Assembly: GCA_046563655.1 (NCBI GenBank)
Contig: CM102290.1
Coordinates: 13,516,001-13,580,000 of the forward strand
Reading direction: 5' to 3'
Length of the DNA stretch: 64,000 bases
Source of the DNA: Yuukianura sp. NJ FZ-2021
Taxonomy: Eukaryota
Below, piece by piece: positions 1 to 12,677 of the stretch (within the stretch, counting starts at the first letter, position 1; each line of letters opens with the position of its first letter). A program made the translations under genes and the position numbers. The notes below the pieces were generated by a model that searched no databases, was not told the origin of the DNA, and saw only the letters and a program-made list of their open reading frames with translations.

Positions 1-1108
1 TATGTTCTCTTCTTTCTTTGAGGGAGCAAGGCTATAATTTGACAGCCGACCTATGCTTAAGCTTGTAAAAAAAACTTGGAAACGCAGGGATTTTCATGAA
101 AAACTTGTGATTTAAAATACCATCTTCAAAAATAAAATTGTGACATATACCGTAAAACTTGTAATAAACTCCCGTTTATTTCAAATCTCAAATTTTATTA
201 TCGGCGGTTAAAATAAAGCCGGCATTTGTCATAGACCTGCATTTATTAGAAGCTTTACGGTATTTGCAGTTAGAAAAGGAAAAGTAATGATGAAACAGCG
301 AAATGAATCCTGTATAGAGCAGGTTTTCAACCTGGCTGGCTGAAACTGGATTTCAGCCGGGATGGCTGAAACTGCAATTCAGCCTGGTGGGAGATGGAAG
401 GTTTTTCGGCAGATTAAGTTTTAGACATGCAGTTTTTCGCAAAGAAGATCCCAAAAACCAAATATTAAAGATTAAAGTAGGATAGTTGGATTCCCGGAGT
501 TGAAAAGGGAATTATGGCGGCAGCATTTTAAAGCCAGGAGCTGCAGCATGCAATAATCCCGCAGTTAAGTTCCAGTTTGCCCCAGAAACTACAAGTATGG
601 CCATGCATCTACTGAGAGAGAAATGAAAATAGAGGCAGAGAAAGTTTGGGAGTAGGTCCTCCTCCACAGCATTTGACTATGCCAGCAGTAGTACTGTTAC
701 TATAGTAGCAGGATGCTCAATGACCACAACCTTCCTTACCTAAATCGACCTGTTTTTCTCAGATGGGAAAACATTTCCCCACCGGGAATATACTCTAGTA
801 CCATGTATAGATTGGAATTGTCCTGCAACAAGTTCAAAAACCAAAACAAATCAATTATTAAGACAGTCAGTTATTACCTAAACCGCCCCAGTCTTCGGAG
901 ATGTGAAAACATTTCACCTCCATTTACGTAATCCATCAACATGTAGAGATTTGTTGAGTCCTAGAAACAACTTGTACTCATTTACTTTGTTCCGTAGCAG
1001 GTCATTAGCAACAAAAACCATAAGCAACAATTCACAAAGTTGGCAACAATGCAACTCAATGAAATTGGGTTTCAGGTTTGTACAAGGTATGGGTTAATTT
1101 TTCATAAG

Positions 1109-1301
1109 CAGACTTGCCAAAAGTATTTAGTTCCGCCTGTAATGTTAGCAAAATCCATATTTCGGGTCTTTTCGTTACTGAATATTTATTTATTTACCAA
1201 CGCCGTTGTGTTAAGTTCGTAAATATTTCGAGCTTTTTCAGTAAATATTGTATTTATTTAAATATTTCGCTGGTTTTTAGTAAATATTTTTGACAGGTCT
1301 G
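1109..1301. mobile_element. hAT-type MITE nested in a larger palindromic element (998-1418)
   Basis: TIR CAGAC(T/C)TG(C/T)CAAAA (12/14) with an exact 8-bp TSD TTCATAAG. The host element has CAGGTCATTAGC...GCTAATGACCTG ends, also seen at 32170-32308. Confidence 0.8.
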
Positions 1302-2840
1302 TTCATAAGGTAACGGGTTAATTTTTTTTTTGAAGGACGGGGGTTTAGGTTTCATTGGTAATACAGTGTTGCCAAGTTGCTGAAAATTCGGGCTTATTGT
1401 TTTCGAGCTAATGACCTGGAACCAGCTTGTTCAGCTCAAAACGCACCAAAAGCCAACAAAAATTTTAAACAAAAAAACCAAAAAGAAAGCAAATACATCA
1501 AATCAGTAAAAAATTAAGCACTTTTTAGACATTTCAATTCAGCGAGTACTCTTTTCCAGCATATGCTAATAACAAAAAACGATGAAACTTTCGTCTGAGA
1601 AAACTTTGAGAAAGCGATACGCAAAGCAATAAAGAAGAAGTATGTCAAAATGATCAAAGTGAAAAACTAATGAGAATTTTGCTCCTTTCAACAACAAATC
1701 CGAAACCACTTGTTTTTCAAAAGCTTAAAAAAATTAACTATTGTGAAAAAAAAATAGTTTAGACGAATCATTAGACTTCCAACATCAAAAAAATATCCAG
1801 TCACTACTAGCACCAAGTACATTTTGACGTAACGTGAAGCACTAAAGCTAACTTTAGTTTAGCACCAATGACGCACATTGTAATTATTTGAACATAAAAT
1901 CTCATTTCCTCTTCGCACATCCAAAAACGGCTTGCAAAAAAAAGGCAATTCAAAGAACCAAAAAAAGAAGCATCCGCTTCTAACGCCTAAATTATGAATA
2001 ACGTTCGTTAATTTTTGTATTGAAGGAGCACCGTGTCAATAAAAGTCTGAATTAAACTTTGATTTTGAAATCAAGCCTTTCAAGTTTTTTGTAACTTTGG
2101 AAATGAAAAGACTTTTTAGTATTCAAAGCATACAAGTTGCATTTCCCAACAGGTAAAATTCTACTTCCGTATTAACGAAAGAACTTTATGAAACTTTCAC
2201 TTTCTTTTAAAAATTAAAACTTCAAGGATCAAGTTACTCAGAGTTTCTTTGTATTTCAAGCTTAATAGAAAGAAACCATAGTCAAAAGCGTGAATATAGG
2301 GAAAGCATTTCCGTCAAATAGCGCCCAACAACATTCGCCTCACACAGCACAGAGAAAGTATTAGTACAGTACATCCTCTCAAATTGTAACTCGCTGTGAT
2401 TGGTTGGTTTGATTGGCGCCTACCGTAAACTTTCTTATAGCATTGTATAAAATATTTCTTCCACCTACATGAAATTACACCGAAGCATCCATTTTTATCC
2501 AGCCATTTCTTCCGGATAAAATTGGATGAAATATATTAGCCACTGGACGAAACGTCGAAAAGTGGATATCCAGCAACAACAATAATTGTATAGGCCCAAA
2601 CTTGATTTGTTTAAAGTTTAGCTCGGTACAAAAACTTTAGGCTTTACGGTATTCCAGCCAGAAAAAAAGTTGCAATTTGAGAAGGCATACTGTACTATAA
2701 AAAAAAAGGCGCGCGCACTTGTGCGAGTTGTAACGGTGCATATAAATTAGACAGAGCACGGTGAAGTACATTTTGGAGTTTTTGTAACACCATTTCGACG
2801 ACATTAAAATACTGGCAGTACTGTGGAGTCATTGACGTAC

Positions 2841-3068
2841 CTTAAAATGATACTTTAGAGTAACTAAGAATGGGAAGTTGATGGCATGAAGAATCTTCTT
2901 CTCGTTTAGTGTATGTTCCACTTGCTTAAGTTTCACGACCTTTTGCTTGTCCAGGATCTTCATAGCGTAGAACTCTTTGCTGGACTTGTGCTGAACCAGC
3001 ATCACTCGTCCAAATGACCCTGTCCCTAAGGTCTTCAGCCGATCAAAGTCATCCAGTGTCGCTCCACT
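2841..3068 (-). CDS. Pka-C1: PKA catalytic subunit, common coding exon (Gly-rich loop, AMK lysine, helix C); the gene continues past the left window edge
   Basis: Translates [76 protein letters not shown], near-identical to metazoan PKA-C. It is 228 nt, with AG acceptor at 3070-3069 and GT donor at 2840-2839. I did not find the next kinase exon in 1-2840. Confidence 0.97.
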
Positions 3069-3226
3069 CTGGCACAAAACACAACAAAAACACAGTGTGT
3101 AACTTACTTTTGCATTAAAACTTAAAACAAGTAGGTGACAGCTCCTAACTACCAAAATTTGTCCAAAAATGAGTCTAAGGTAACATGCTACTACAACTAC
3201 TAAGTTCAAAGGTCAAATTGACTTAC

Positions 3227-3288
3227 CCCTTGGGGATTTCTCCATTTCTCTTCAAACTCTTCCTTGGCTTTCTCCAACCATTCCCTCA
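3227..3288 (-). CDS. Pka-C1: PKA catalytic subunit, common exon 2 (helix A), phase-1 acceptor
   Basis: 62-nt exon cag|TG AGG GAA TGG ... CAA GGG|gtaagt encodes (V)REWLEKAKEEFEEKWRNPQG, homologous to VKEFLAKAKEDFLKKWE of PKA-C. It splices in frame to the exon at 3068. Confidence 0.95.
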
Positions 3289-4992
3289 CTGTAAGAAAGT
3301 CAAAAGTAAAAAAACAAATGGAAATTAGCGTAAATCTACTCGTATTTAGTTGGAATCTGCAACTGTTAGCTTTAAGTCATTCAAGTTAACATGAAGGATC
3401 ATATCGGAACAATTTATATAAGAACTAAATATAAAATAAATAATCCAGCGATTTAATTTATCACCATCAAGTTATAGTTTACGTATAGGAAAATACATTA
3501 AAACCTCTCATTGCGCAACACGCTCTCATTTCTTGGTTTGACAAAGACGCAGTGTTGGTGGATATTCCATTTTTCAGCATTTTGTCAAGGGGTTACCTAG
3601 TGAATAAATCGATAAATCGGGATAAAAACCAGGTTTTGAAGAACGAAATCCAGTTTTTGATGGATGAAATAGAGTTTCGTCCGGAAGAAACCAATAAAAT
3701 CCGGATATATCCACCGTTTTCGCGAAAAGTGGAAGAAATATTTCAGCCGTTCAGCAACACTTGTCCGGGCTACCGTGCGGCTACAAATTTCAACACATCT
3801 GAGATATCGTACAACTTATAATCCCTCAAAAAAATTTACCTTTTACGGTATCCCATCGTAAAACTAAAAGTTGCACAATGAGAGGTTCTACTGTATGTAA
3901 TTTCACTGAAACTGGATAAAATGAGCGTTTTCCACTTCATTTCGGATTCTGTCGTTCCTTAAGAAAATAAATCTGTCAAAATATTGTCCTACAGATATTT
4001 TAATTTCCAGGACACAGTTTGTCCTGGACAAAACACATCAGCATGTGCCACTCATCTTCGTGGTTTCCAGAAAAACAGTAAAATGCGGTTGTCACGTCCC
4101 CAATGACAAACAACTACTAAATACTAAAGCACATATTTTGGCAGAATTATTCCAAACTAAACAAACGGCTCCATTTGGAAACACAATGTGTACTGTAAGG
4201 TTCCAGTGAAACGATGTTCCCTGGAAAGTCCAGAACGTAGTTTACATAAGATCCCTTGGCAAGACAAGGTTCTACAAATTTTAATCTCCAACGTTCTCAC
4301 TCACGTCTACATCAAACCTAGAAAGCGAATGTTGCAGCAGCGAATCCTCCTGACACGCTCCTGAACTGCGACAATAAGGAACTATACCGCCATTGCCTAC
4401 TTTTGTTGCCACACCAAAGCAGACTTGGACCGATAGAATCTTGAGTCGAGACGAACGAGAACCACCCATCAATATCCTCCAGCATCCAAATATTTGCACG
4501 CCCAGAAGGAAAACGTTTGAGTCAATAGAAATACTGCCAGTAGTCTACTGCCATTGCCAGTATAGTGACTGGAGATGAGTGTTTCAAGGTAAAATCTAAA
4601 ATCGATGCACAGTTGGTGTGTGTACCTACTGTATATTTCAAGAAAGGGAGAGGAAAAAATCAGTGTTCGATATTTCATCCACAGCTGTGGAAGAAATGGA
4701 CGAAATGGATGAATCCAAGGGGGCGAAGTTTTGCCCGCGGGGTTTGAATTTAATTAATTACAAAAAGCTTGAATAATTCAAAATACCATACAAAAATGAA
4801 GGAAATAAGGTTTTTGCATGAGTTTTAATTAATTTTAACGATGGAAGAAACTCTTTTCGATATTATTTTGTAATTTTTGATTTTTTTTTTGAATTTCGCG
4901 CTAAATTCTTAATTTCTTCCATCCACTAAAAGTTTCATCCATTTTGGGTCCATTTCTTCCAGTGGATATCCAGTGAAAATGGCAATTAACTA

Positions 4993-5109
4993 CAGGGTGG
5001 CCCCGTAAAGTCCGTACCCAAGTGAAAGAAAGAGAAACTCTCACATGAGTTTTAAATGAGAAGAGTGAGAGGAAAAGAAAGAGGGTACGGACTTTACGGG
5101 GCCACCCTG
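4993..5109. mobile_element. Tc1/mariner-type MITE
   Basis: Perfect 27-bp TIR CAGGGTGGCCCCGTAAAGTCCGTACCC with TA on both flanks, nested in the CAGTGTT element 4661-5140. Confidence 0.9.
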
Positions 5110-5149
5110 TACATGGACGTTTAGGCGTCCAGCAACACTGAAAAATACG

Positions 5150-5222
5150 TCGCTCGAGTGGGATTCGAACCTAAACCTTACCGTTCCGGGGTAATCGCTC
5201 TCACCATTGAGCTACCCAGTCA
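5150..5222 (-). repeat. tRNA-derived sequence (SINE head or tRNA pseudogene)
   Basis: The minus strand has box A TAGCTCAATGG and box B GGTTCGAATCCC at tRNA spacing, but the acceptor stem pairs poorly. Confidence 0.55.
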
Positions 5223-8200
5223 CAGTATCTTCAAACCATACAACCTGAACAAAATCTATTTACCATAAATCCATCTTTCCAAAAACTGCTAAAGTATAAA
5301 CCCATTTTCAAAAAGTAGGAAGTAATAGGACCATTTTCGCCTGCTAAAGGCCTCAGACGTCCAATTCCCAAGGAATCATCATCATCCACTTGACTATGCT
5401 CCACTTCACCCCGTAACTACCCGGCAAGAAGATTCTACCCGGGAACATTAGGCAGATCCACAAAACCGGAACTCCGCAGCAGCCCTTTTCGATTAGGCAG
5501 ATTGACTAAAAGTCTTATATGATGGAGGATCAATATGACGCCACAAGCCATGAAACGCCATTCTGGAGAAATTGCACATTTTAATTTCTAAAGTGACGAA
5601 TCTTAGAATTTAGATACGGTCCAGGATGAGATCTTTCTGGAACAGATCCACCAAATCATGAAAATTCTGTGTAAAAAGTCTTGGTCGCATGACAAAGCAC
5701 ACTGAAATCAATACTTTATTCTTCATCGCACCGTACATTTCCTGGACATTCGGTCTGGAACAACACTGTTCCACTTGAAAACGTTTTGGCAACGTTTGTG
5801 GACTTTGATTTTCTTTAACAGATTGGGTAATACCTCATGTTTTTTCTATTTTACAAAAAAAAAATGGATTTTCATTTGAGGGCATCATAGTCATCACAAT
5901 GCAGCCAATTTTTTTTAAATTTTGCGTAGAAATTGATACCAATTTTTTGGATTGGTATTAATTTTTTTATTCGTTGTTTTTGTGAATAGGCGAGGTAAGG
6001 TAGTACGTAACCTGTCAAAGTAAATTAACTTTTCGTTGTCAAGGAACCTTGAGTTTTGGAAACTTCATAAAAATGACAATTGTGAGCTACTCAACATTCG
6101 AAACTAAAATTTCTGATTCACTTTGACCTCTGCATGACCGTGTACTAGCGTATCCATTGAAGCTGGTTGTCAATTCTCATGAAATGGAACTCTCCCCGGG
6201 CGCTTATTAGAAGTTTTACGGTATCCAAGAATTTTTAAGTAACGAACAAGTTTAACTAAGTTTAGGCAGTAACATGAGGAGTTTCTAACTTCCAACTGGA
6301 GAGTAAATTGAAGAAAGTAGTTGGTGGCATGGCCAAGGGCCGTTTGAAGTCTTAGAAATCTTTAGAGAATTTGTGGCGTCTAGAAATGTTAAGTTTCCTT
6401 AAACCTGGTGGCTACTTGGAATCCAGCATTTCCCCGAACTTGGAATGCTTTCCACTCAAGCAGCTCTTGTGTGCTGGTGCTGAATGTGAGTTGCGGTTTT
6501 ATTGGGACTGGAACTCCACAAAGTACTTTGTGCCTCCCAAAATCCAACAACCTCTCATCCGCTCATCATTTTGTCCAATTGGACTCTTGTGTCATTGTTC
6601 TCCTTGGCTAGCATGGAAGTGAAAGTCTTGGAGGGAAAGCATATCCTGATGATCGATCCACCAAAGTAGCCTCCCCAGCCACGAGCCTTCACCAAACCAA
6701 AGTCTCCTTCACTTTCACTCTTCGCTGCTCCCAGCCACACTTTCTCCAGGATCCAGTCAAAACTCAATAATCCAATACTTTCTACTCTCTCAAGACCCTT
6801 CAGTCACTACTACTGCTAGGCAATCAATTCACACCAAATGAAATATTCAACCACTACTAAATGAACACCTTACTACCTCTACAGTACACACGGACTCCCT
6901 TGGTCACTCATTGGCACACTAAAATCCACTTTCTCCTTTGATCTTCCCTAAACTTAGAACATCAATCACAAAATTTACAAAAATCAAAGATCTCCAGGAA
7001 TTTCGAATTAACGGGAGTTTAATTGTCAATTACTTTTCCCGCAAAAAACAAAGTGCGAGAGTCACTTTTTACTGGGTAATTTTTAGCAGTTTGGCATGCG
7101 CTGTGCTCTGTTTAGTCCTTATTAGTGTTCTTACAATGTACTTTGCAAGTACTATTTTCGAAGTAGTACTTCCAAAATACTATTTTCAAAGTAGTACTTT
7201 CAAATGACCTTGAGACTGAGACTGCCTGAAGAAACTATAAAAAGAAACGTGAGAACTGCGGAAGATTTGAAAGTAGTGCCGGTTTGTGTACTTCTTTTGC
7301 TTTTGAATTAAACAATAGCATAAAATAATCATATTGTACAGAAAACCATTTTCGCTACAATTTACTTTTTTCCTTACATAGCTATTGCTGGTTCCTAAAA
7401 TTTTCAAAGTTTATAGTCCCGGCTAAAAAAAAAACAGAAATACTGATCCAAATCACAATTCGAAACCGGGTCAATTCAATCGATCAACTCAAAACAAAAC
7501 AAAAACGTTATCAATTATTATGCAGAAATTAGTCGAAATTAGGACAAGGTGAGCCTGAAGGAAAAGAAAGACGATTTCCAAAATCCACTTTTAGTTCAAT
7601 TATTCTCACAAAGTAGTCACAAATTGTTCGACTGACGCACCCAGCTCAGATCATGGTTGGATCGAACTGACATGCATAGTAACGTTAAACTACAAGTACT
7701 GGCGGTGACATTTACATGTACAGTATGATCCTTAGGTGGTGGATCTTTTAAAAGACAAAGATTTGAACTATCTATTTGCGTCTCATAAGCTGCCTCTTGA
7801 GGCGAATAAGTTTACTAACGTTAGACTGGTGCTGGATAATACTGGATGCGGGTGAATGAATGGACTTAACCCAGGGAGATTTATAGCAACAGTCACGACT
7901 GTAGCCAATTTAAACTTAGAAAGTGGAGATGTACGCGTCTTTTGTTCAGAATCACTGAATTCACTCCTTCCGTCCGTCCAGTACTCACTCATCATCACAA
8001 TTCTCCAGAAATGCGGACTATAAGCCGCAGAAAGTAAAACTTCGTCCTCGCAGAAAGCTAAATTTCGTCCTCGCAAAAAGCAAAAGTCCATTTATTCTGG
8101 ATTCTGCTGGAAATAGCCGTAATCTTCCCATGCGAGACAACAGTTTGAGAGGCTTATGCATTCTGGTTGCTTTTCGACGGCGCACCACTCATCTACAACA

Positions 8201-8226
8201 ACAAACTTCCCCAACCTTATTTTATC

Positions 8227-8625
8227 CAGTGTTGGTGGACGCTTAAACGTCCAGTGGCTTAATTGCCACTTCCAGTGGATATCCACTGGAAGAAACGCGC
8301 CCCAAATGGACGAAACTAAAAGTGGATGGAAGAAATCACAAATTTTGCGCGAAATTCAAATTAATTCAAATTTAAGTTTACGAAATGATATCAGAACGCT
8401 TTACTTTCGCGATTATAGTTAATATATTAGTTTAAAACGTATTTGAAAACAATATATACATAGTTTTTGAACAGTGGTTTCACGTTTTTTAGTTGTTTGT
8501 ACTCAATTAATTGAAATTCAGAGGGCAAAGCTCCGCCCCTTTGGATTCATCCATTTCGTCCATTTCTTCCACTGGATATCCAGCCGTGGATGAAATGTCG
8601 AAAAAGTGGATATCCACCAACACTG
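8227..8625. mobile_element. hAT-type MITE, CAGTGTTG family (related copies at about 3550-3762, 4661-5140, 19535-19726)
   Basis: TIR CAGTGTTGGTGGA...TCCACCAACACTG with an exact 8-bp TSD ATTTTATC. Internal GGATATCC/GGATGAAAT motifs are shared among copies. Confidence 0.85.
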
Positions 8626-10599
8626 ATTTTATCCACAACAATATTTTCCAGGCATAACAGTATGGAAATGGATCTTCTTATATTTGCAGTATTGGAGGCT
8701 ATTTTAAGATTTAAATGTGTCCGAGAAGTCCAGAATTTTAATTTGAAAATCTGATGAGGGAAAAAATCTCCCTGAACAAACAAATTTTTGTTGTAATCAA
8801 CTAATAATATTTAAGGTGAGAGAGAAAATAAAAGACGTCGACCCCTCTCCCTCTGCGAGGTCACCACATATTATATTACATTTGAATGAGGGTGTATTTG
8901 GGTGTGTAAAACGTGTTTCACAAATTCCAATTCCATGCACATAACGCATGCGCGCAACAAAACAATAAACCACTTTTTACTTACGGTTGCTTACTTATTC
9001 AAGGTGATCAGTTTAATAATTAAAGCTCGTATTCCATTGAACCATACAATAGGAATTCCACTTACTCAAAAATAAGTCAACACAGTTTATCTGTATTAGA
9101 TTAGAACGAAATGGAAACTGTAGTGTCCATATCACTATCGCCTCAATTCCAACTAAAATTACTTTTTTCAGCGTCTATTTCCATTGTTATGTACGTCAAC
9201 TTACTAAAAATACTAATTTCAAACACCGAAAAACTGCACTGACCTGCAGGTCAGGTCAGATCAGCCACTAAAATCAACTAACCTGCGCAGGTCAAATCTC
9301 TCTGACGTGAACTGTACAACGTCAAACACTGCGTAAAAATTCAGCCTGTTTTTGCATATACGGATAAACCAAAAAAAAATTCATTGCTTTTTTTTAGCAA
9401 CGAACATCAAATTTTCAGAGTAGTGGGATTACCACTTTAAATTACTTAATTTCTTGGCTTTTTTTCTAGTGGAACTAGCGGCGTCCTGGACAAAGCAGTG
9501 GGGTCAAAAGTGACGAAAGTTGGAAGATAGTAGAGCAGTGGTGGACTAAACTGGAATGACTTTTGGTCTTGGGTGACAGATAATACATTTTAAAGCGGAG
9601 TATAGAGACTCATGAGACCAATTTAGCAACTGTCATCGTCATTATTTAGCCACATCCTTCCCTCCATACTTTTTCACAAACACAACAATAGAAAACGGAT
9701 CTAACTAAACTCACAAGCTCACTTCCACACACTGTCCCCACTTCACTCCAATGACATTGACTAAGGTGAAATTGAAATTTCAAATTATAATTCATATCAT
9801 CATCTACTCATCTCTTCAGTTAGTGTCAGCCGGGGGCATATTGCACAAAATGCTTAGCAAAACTAAAAATATACTACCACACTCTAAAAAAAATTGCACA
9901 CTTTGGCTTAAAATACTCAAATTCAATTGGATTTCAATCATCATCTACCAAAATCACTCAACTAATCTGATATTCCATTTTTTTTTAAATCCAACTAAAC
10001 CCATCGCTTAACTCGTTTTTTTTAGTCAAAGATTAATTGGTGATAGAAAACTGTAAAAAGGAGACAATTTGCAAGTTTTTGGTTAACTTTTGGAGTTTGT
10101 GCTAAAAAAAATTAAGGCGATTTTCGATTTTCATTGACATATCCGCAACCAAGCAAAAATTGAAAAACTGTCCAGCAACATTGAAATATTTATGAACATT
10201 TCCTTCTGGACAAACGGAAAAAATTTATAATAAATTGGAATCTTATGAATTGTAATTTAAGAACAAGGACTAAATTGTACTTCGAACTGAACGAAACCGA
10301 CGGAACCGCACATGTCAAAGATAAATGTGCCAAAATAACAAAAAGCATATAGCCTTGGATTGGCAGTCATTTTGATTTTGTGTAGATAAACTCCATATCA
10401 TCCTACCCACTAGTAGCACTTTCCGTGGTTTGGTGCATTAATTTCGCATATATCAAAAGTCATTATGGTTCTGCTGTTTCCAAAACCTTGGGAACGGAAT
10501 TTACCTTGTTTACCGCAATTCCCTTTCAGTTAGCTTCCTCCAGCCAAAAACGGTTTAGTTAATGATATACCACTTTATAATAAGTCGGAGTATACAAAA

Positions 10600-11042
10600 G
10601 TAGCGAAAGATGTCTTCCAGGTAGCAAATGGCGCCTTACACCGGCACACCATGAACCATACCATAATTGCTTAAAGTTACCAATAGTACAGTATCTGATA
10701 TGGGCATCTGCATCTGGATGAGCGGAAAAAATTTTGTACGTGTGATTTTCCGTGTTACCAGGAAATTGTGAGGTTCAGAGCTCACATGTCTTGGGAGACA
10801 AAGAATGACAGTGCAGAAAAAATAAAGAACCGAGTGTGACTCGAACCCATACCTCTTCAATCCGGGACTACCTCTAACCATTGCGCTATCAGGTTCTAGT
10901 CAGTAATCCAACAGGATGGAATCGGAAGGCTACCGTGTTCAACCGATCCGGGAAATACCTGCGTTTCCGAAACTATAAACGGACTATTAGACAGACGGAC
11001 AGACAGACAGACAAGATCAAACTATAAAGTAGCTTTCGCTAC
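10600..11042 (+). mobile_element. Possible Helentron/DINE-1-like non-autonomous element (related 3' ends at about 52190-52283 and 47500-47680)
   Basis: 10-bp inverted repeat GTAGCGAAAG...CTTTCGCTAC around a CAGACGGACAGACAGAC microsatellite. The TAGCTTTCGCTAC end recurs at about 52272. Confidence 0.4.
10827..10896 (-). repeat. tRNA-derived sequence (SINE head or tRNA pseudogene)
   Basis: The minus strand has box A TAGCGCAATGG, box B GGTTCGAGTC and GAACC/GGTTC terminal pairing. The anticodon arm is degenerate. Confidence 0.5.
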
Positions 11043-12634
11043 TACATAGAAAAAATATCCTGGAACCAATAAAGGGAGGGGAATTCAACCCGAAGCTCAG
11101 TTTTCCTACACTTTCCGTTTTTTAAGCAATTCCATGAGGAGCCAAGTACTATAACGTACTCTTGGAGGAAAAACTGGTGACACTGACAATGGTCCCTCCC
11201 CGATTCAGGCGGCTACATTTCATCATATACTGTCTCTACATTCGAAAAGTCAATAAATCCACTAGTCACCAACCCTAGCTACTATAAATCTCTCTGTCCA
11301 TGTCGGAGTTGACCAAAGTCCTTTTAAAAAAATTAATTCAACACTCACTCAAGCCAAACTCAGAATTATTCAAGATGAGTCGCAGAGCATGGGAGGCCTA
11401 ATTATCTACAAACTTCTGCCCTTGACCTCTCATAAGTTTCTTTTTTTGGCGCTTGTGCTCCCGTTGTCGCTTTGAAAGTCAAAAGAGGCCAAAACATTAT
11501 TAGAGACACAGGTCCTGCGGCTTCTGGCTGGATCGAGATGAAGTTCTGCTGCCAAAAAATATGGCAAAGTATGCCACGGATACGAGGAGAGTCTAATTTT
11601 GCAAACCTTCTTCCTCGTTACATACTGTGTGTCTTCATCCAAGGCGTGCCCAGATAATCTTCGTATAAAATAAAACATCTCTGAATCCAGAGCACCATAC
11701 GTATTATTAGACAGTCTCTCTTGGACATAATTGATTCAAGACTTAAATAGCTTCAGCTCAAGGCCCACAGTCAAAGAATACCGTCACCTCATACGAGTTC
11801 TGCACCGAAACAAATCATTCCGAATCTACCGTATTTCCTCGCTAGGGATTCCCGTTTCAGCTCCAAATTCAAACTATTTGAAAAACGCATTACCACACAT
11901 AACAATTCAGTCATTGTTACTCACGTCGATAAAAAAACAAAACAAATCTTAAAATGGCCCTATAAAATGTGAAACTAGATAACACCAATATCACATTGCC
12001 CCAAAAAAAAACATTTTTCTCACTAAAAAGAAATAACGCGTAAGTTATACGCCGATAAATAGGGTACATCAAATTACCCTATATAAAAAAATAAAAGTAG
12101 AAGTATCCAATCTATCCTGCCATTTCTTCCGGATAAAACCGGATGAAATATATTATCCACTGGACGATACGTCAAAAAGATATCCAGCACCACTGGAAAA
12201 AAGTGATTTCCGACGTTTTCCAGTATCACACCGGTGTGTATTACTCAATTTAGCATGAAATAGGAATCTAAAATGTTTTCAAGTAATAACGTGATGTCTG
12301 TCCAAACAGAAGTTTAAGCCTTATAAGTCAATACATCTGCATTTTAACAAACATGATTTTGTAACTTTTAAATAGACACTTCAAACAGCAATTCGAGATT
12401 TTAACGGACTTGTAATTAGCAGCAAAAATGCGGAATATACCAGTACAAGTATTAAATCAAAACTAAAAATAAAATATAGGGCCCACAGACGACGTAGAAC
12501 TTAAAATCCGATTACCGGTATCAATGAACTTAAATTTGCTTTGTACACTAAATTCATAGTAAAGATATGATATCATGGCGAAGCCAAATCATCTTTACAC
12601 GAGCAATTAAAATAAAAACATTAGTTATATTTAC

Positions 12635-12677
12635 CATTCTCAGCGGGATCTCCCTTCTTCGTAGCCGCATTTCCCAT
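12635..12677 (-). CDS. Pka-C1: PKA catalytic subunit, canonical myristoylated first coding exon
   Basis: ATG GGA AAT GCG GCT ACG AAG AAG GGA GAT CCC GCT GAG AAT G|gtaaat encodes MGNAATKKGDPAEN(V), the typical PKA-C N-terminus. Phase 1 matches exon 2. Confidence 0.93.

Noticed and set aside
734..920. Imperfect direct repeat of about 48 bp (734-782 versus 874-920); a similar pair lies at about 63348-63550
   Set aside because: Only two diverged copies each. These look like ordinary local duplications with no further structure.
2829..3209. 126-aa ORF as a complete protein with a hydrophobic N-terminus
   Set aside because: The first 48 or so codons are intron read-through. The real exon is 2841-3068.
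3552..3821. Similar ORFs at 3552-3821 and 19624-19902 (MDEIEF.PEETNKI.IYPP) suggesting a gene family
   Set aside because: The similarity comes from two copies of the same CAGTGTTG MITE.
5150..5222. Functional tRNA gene
   Set aside because: Acceptor and anticodon stems do not pair properly, so it is kept only as a tRNA-derived repeat.
6371..6767. GC-richer stretch with short ORFs on both strands
   Set aside because: No recognisable motifs and no convincing splice-site pair.
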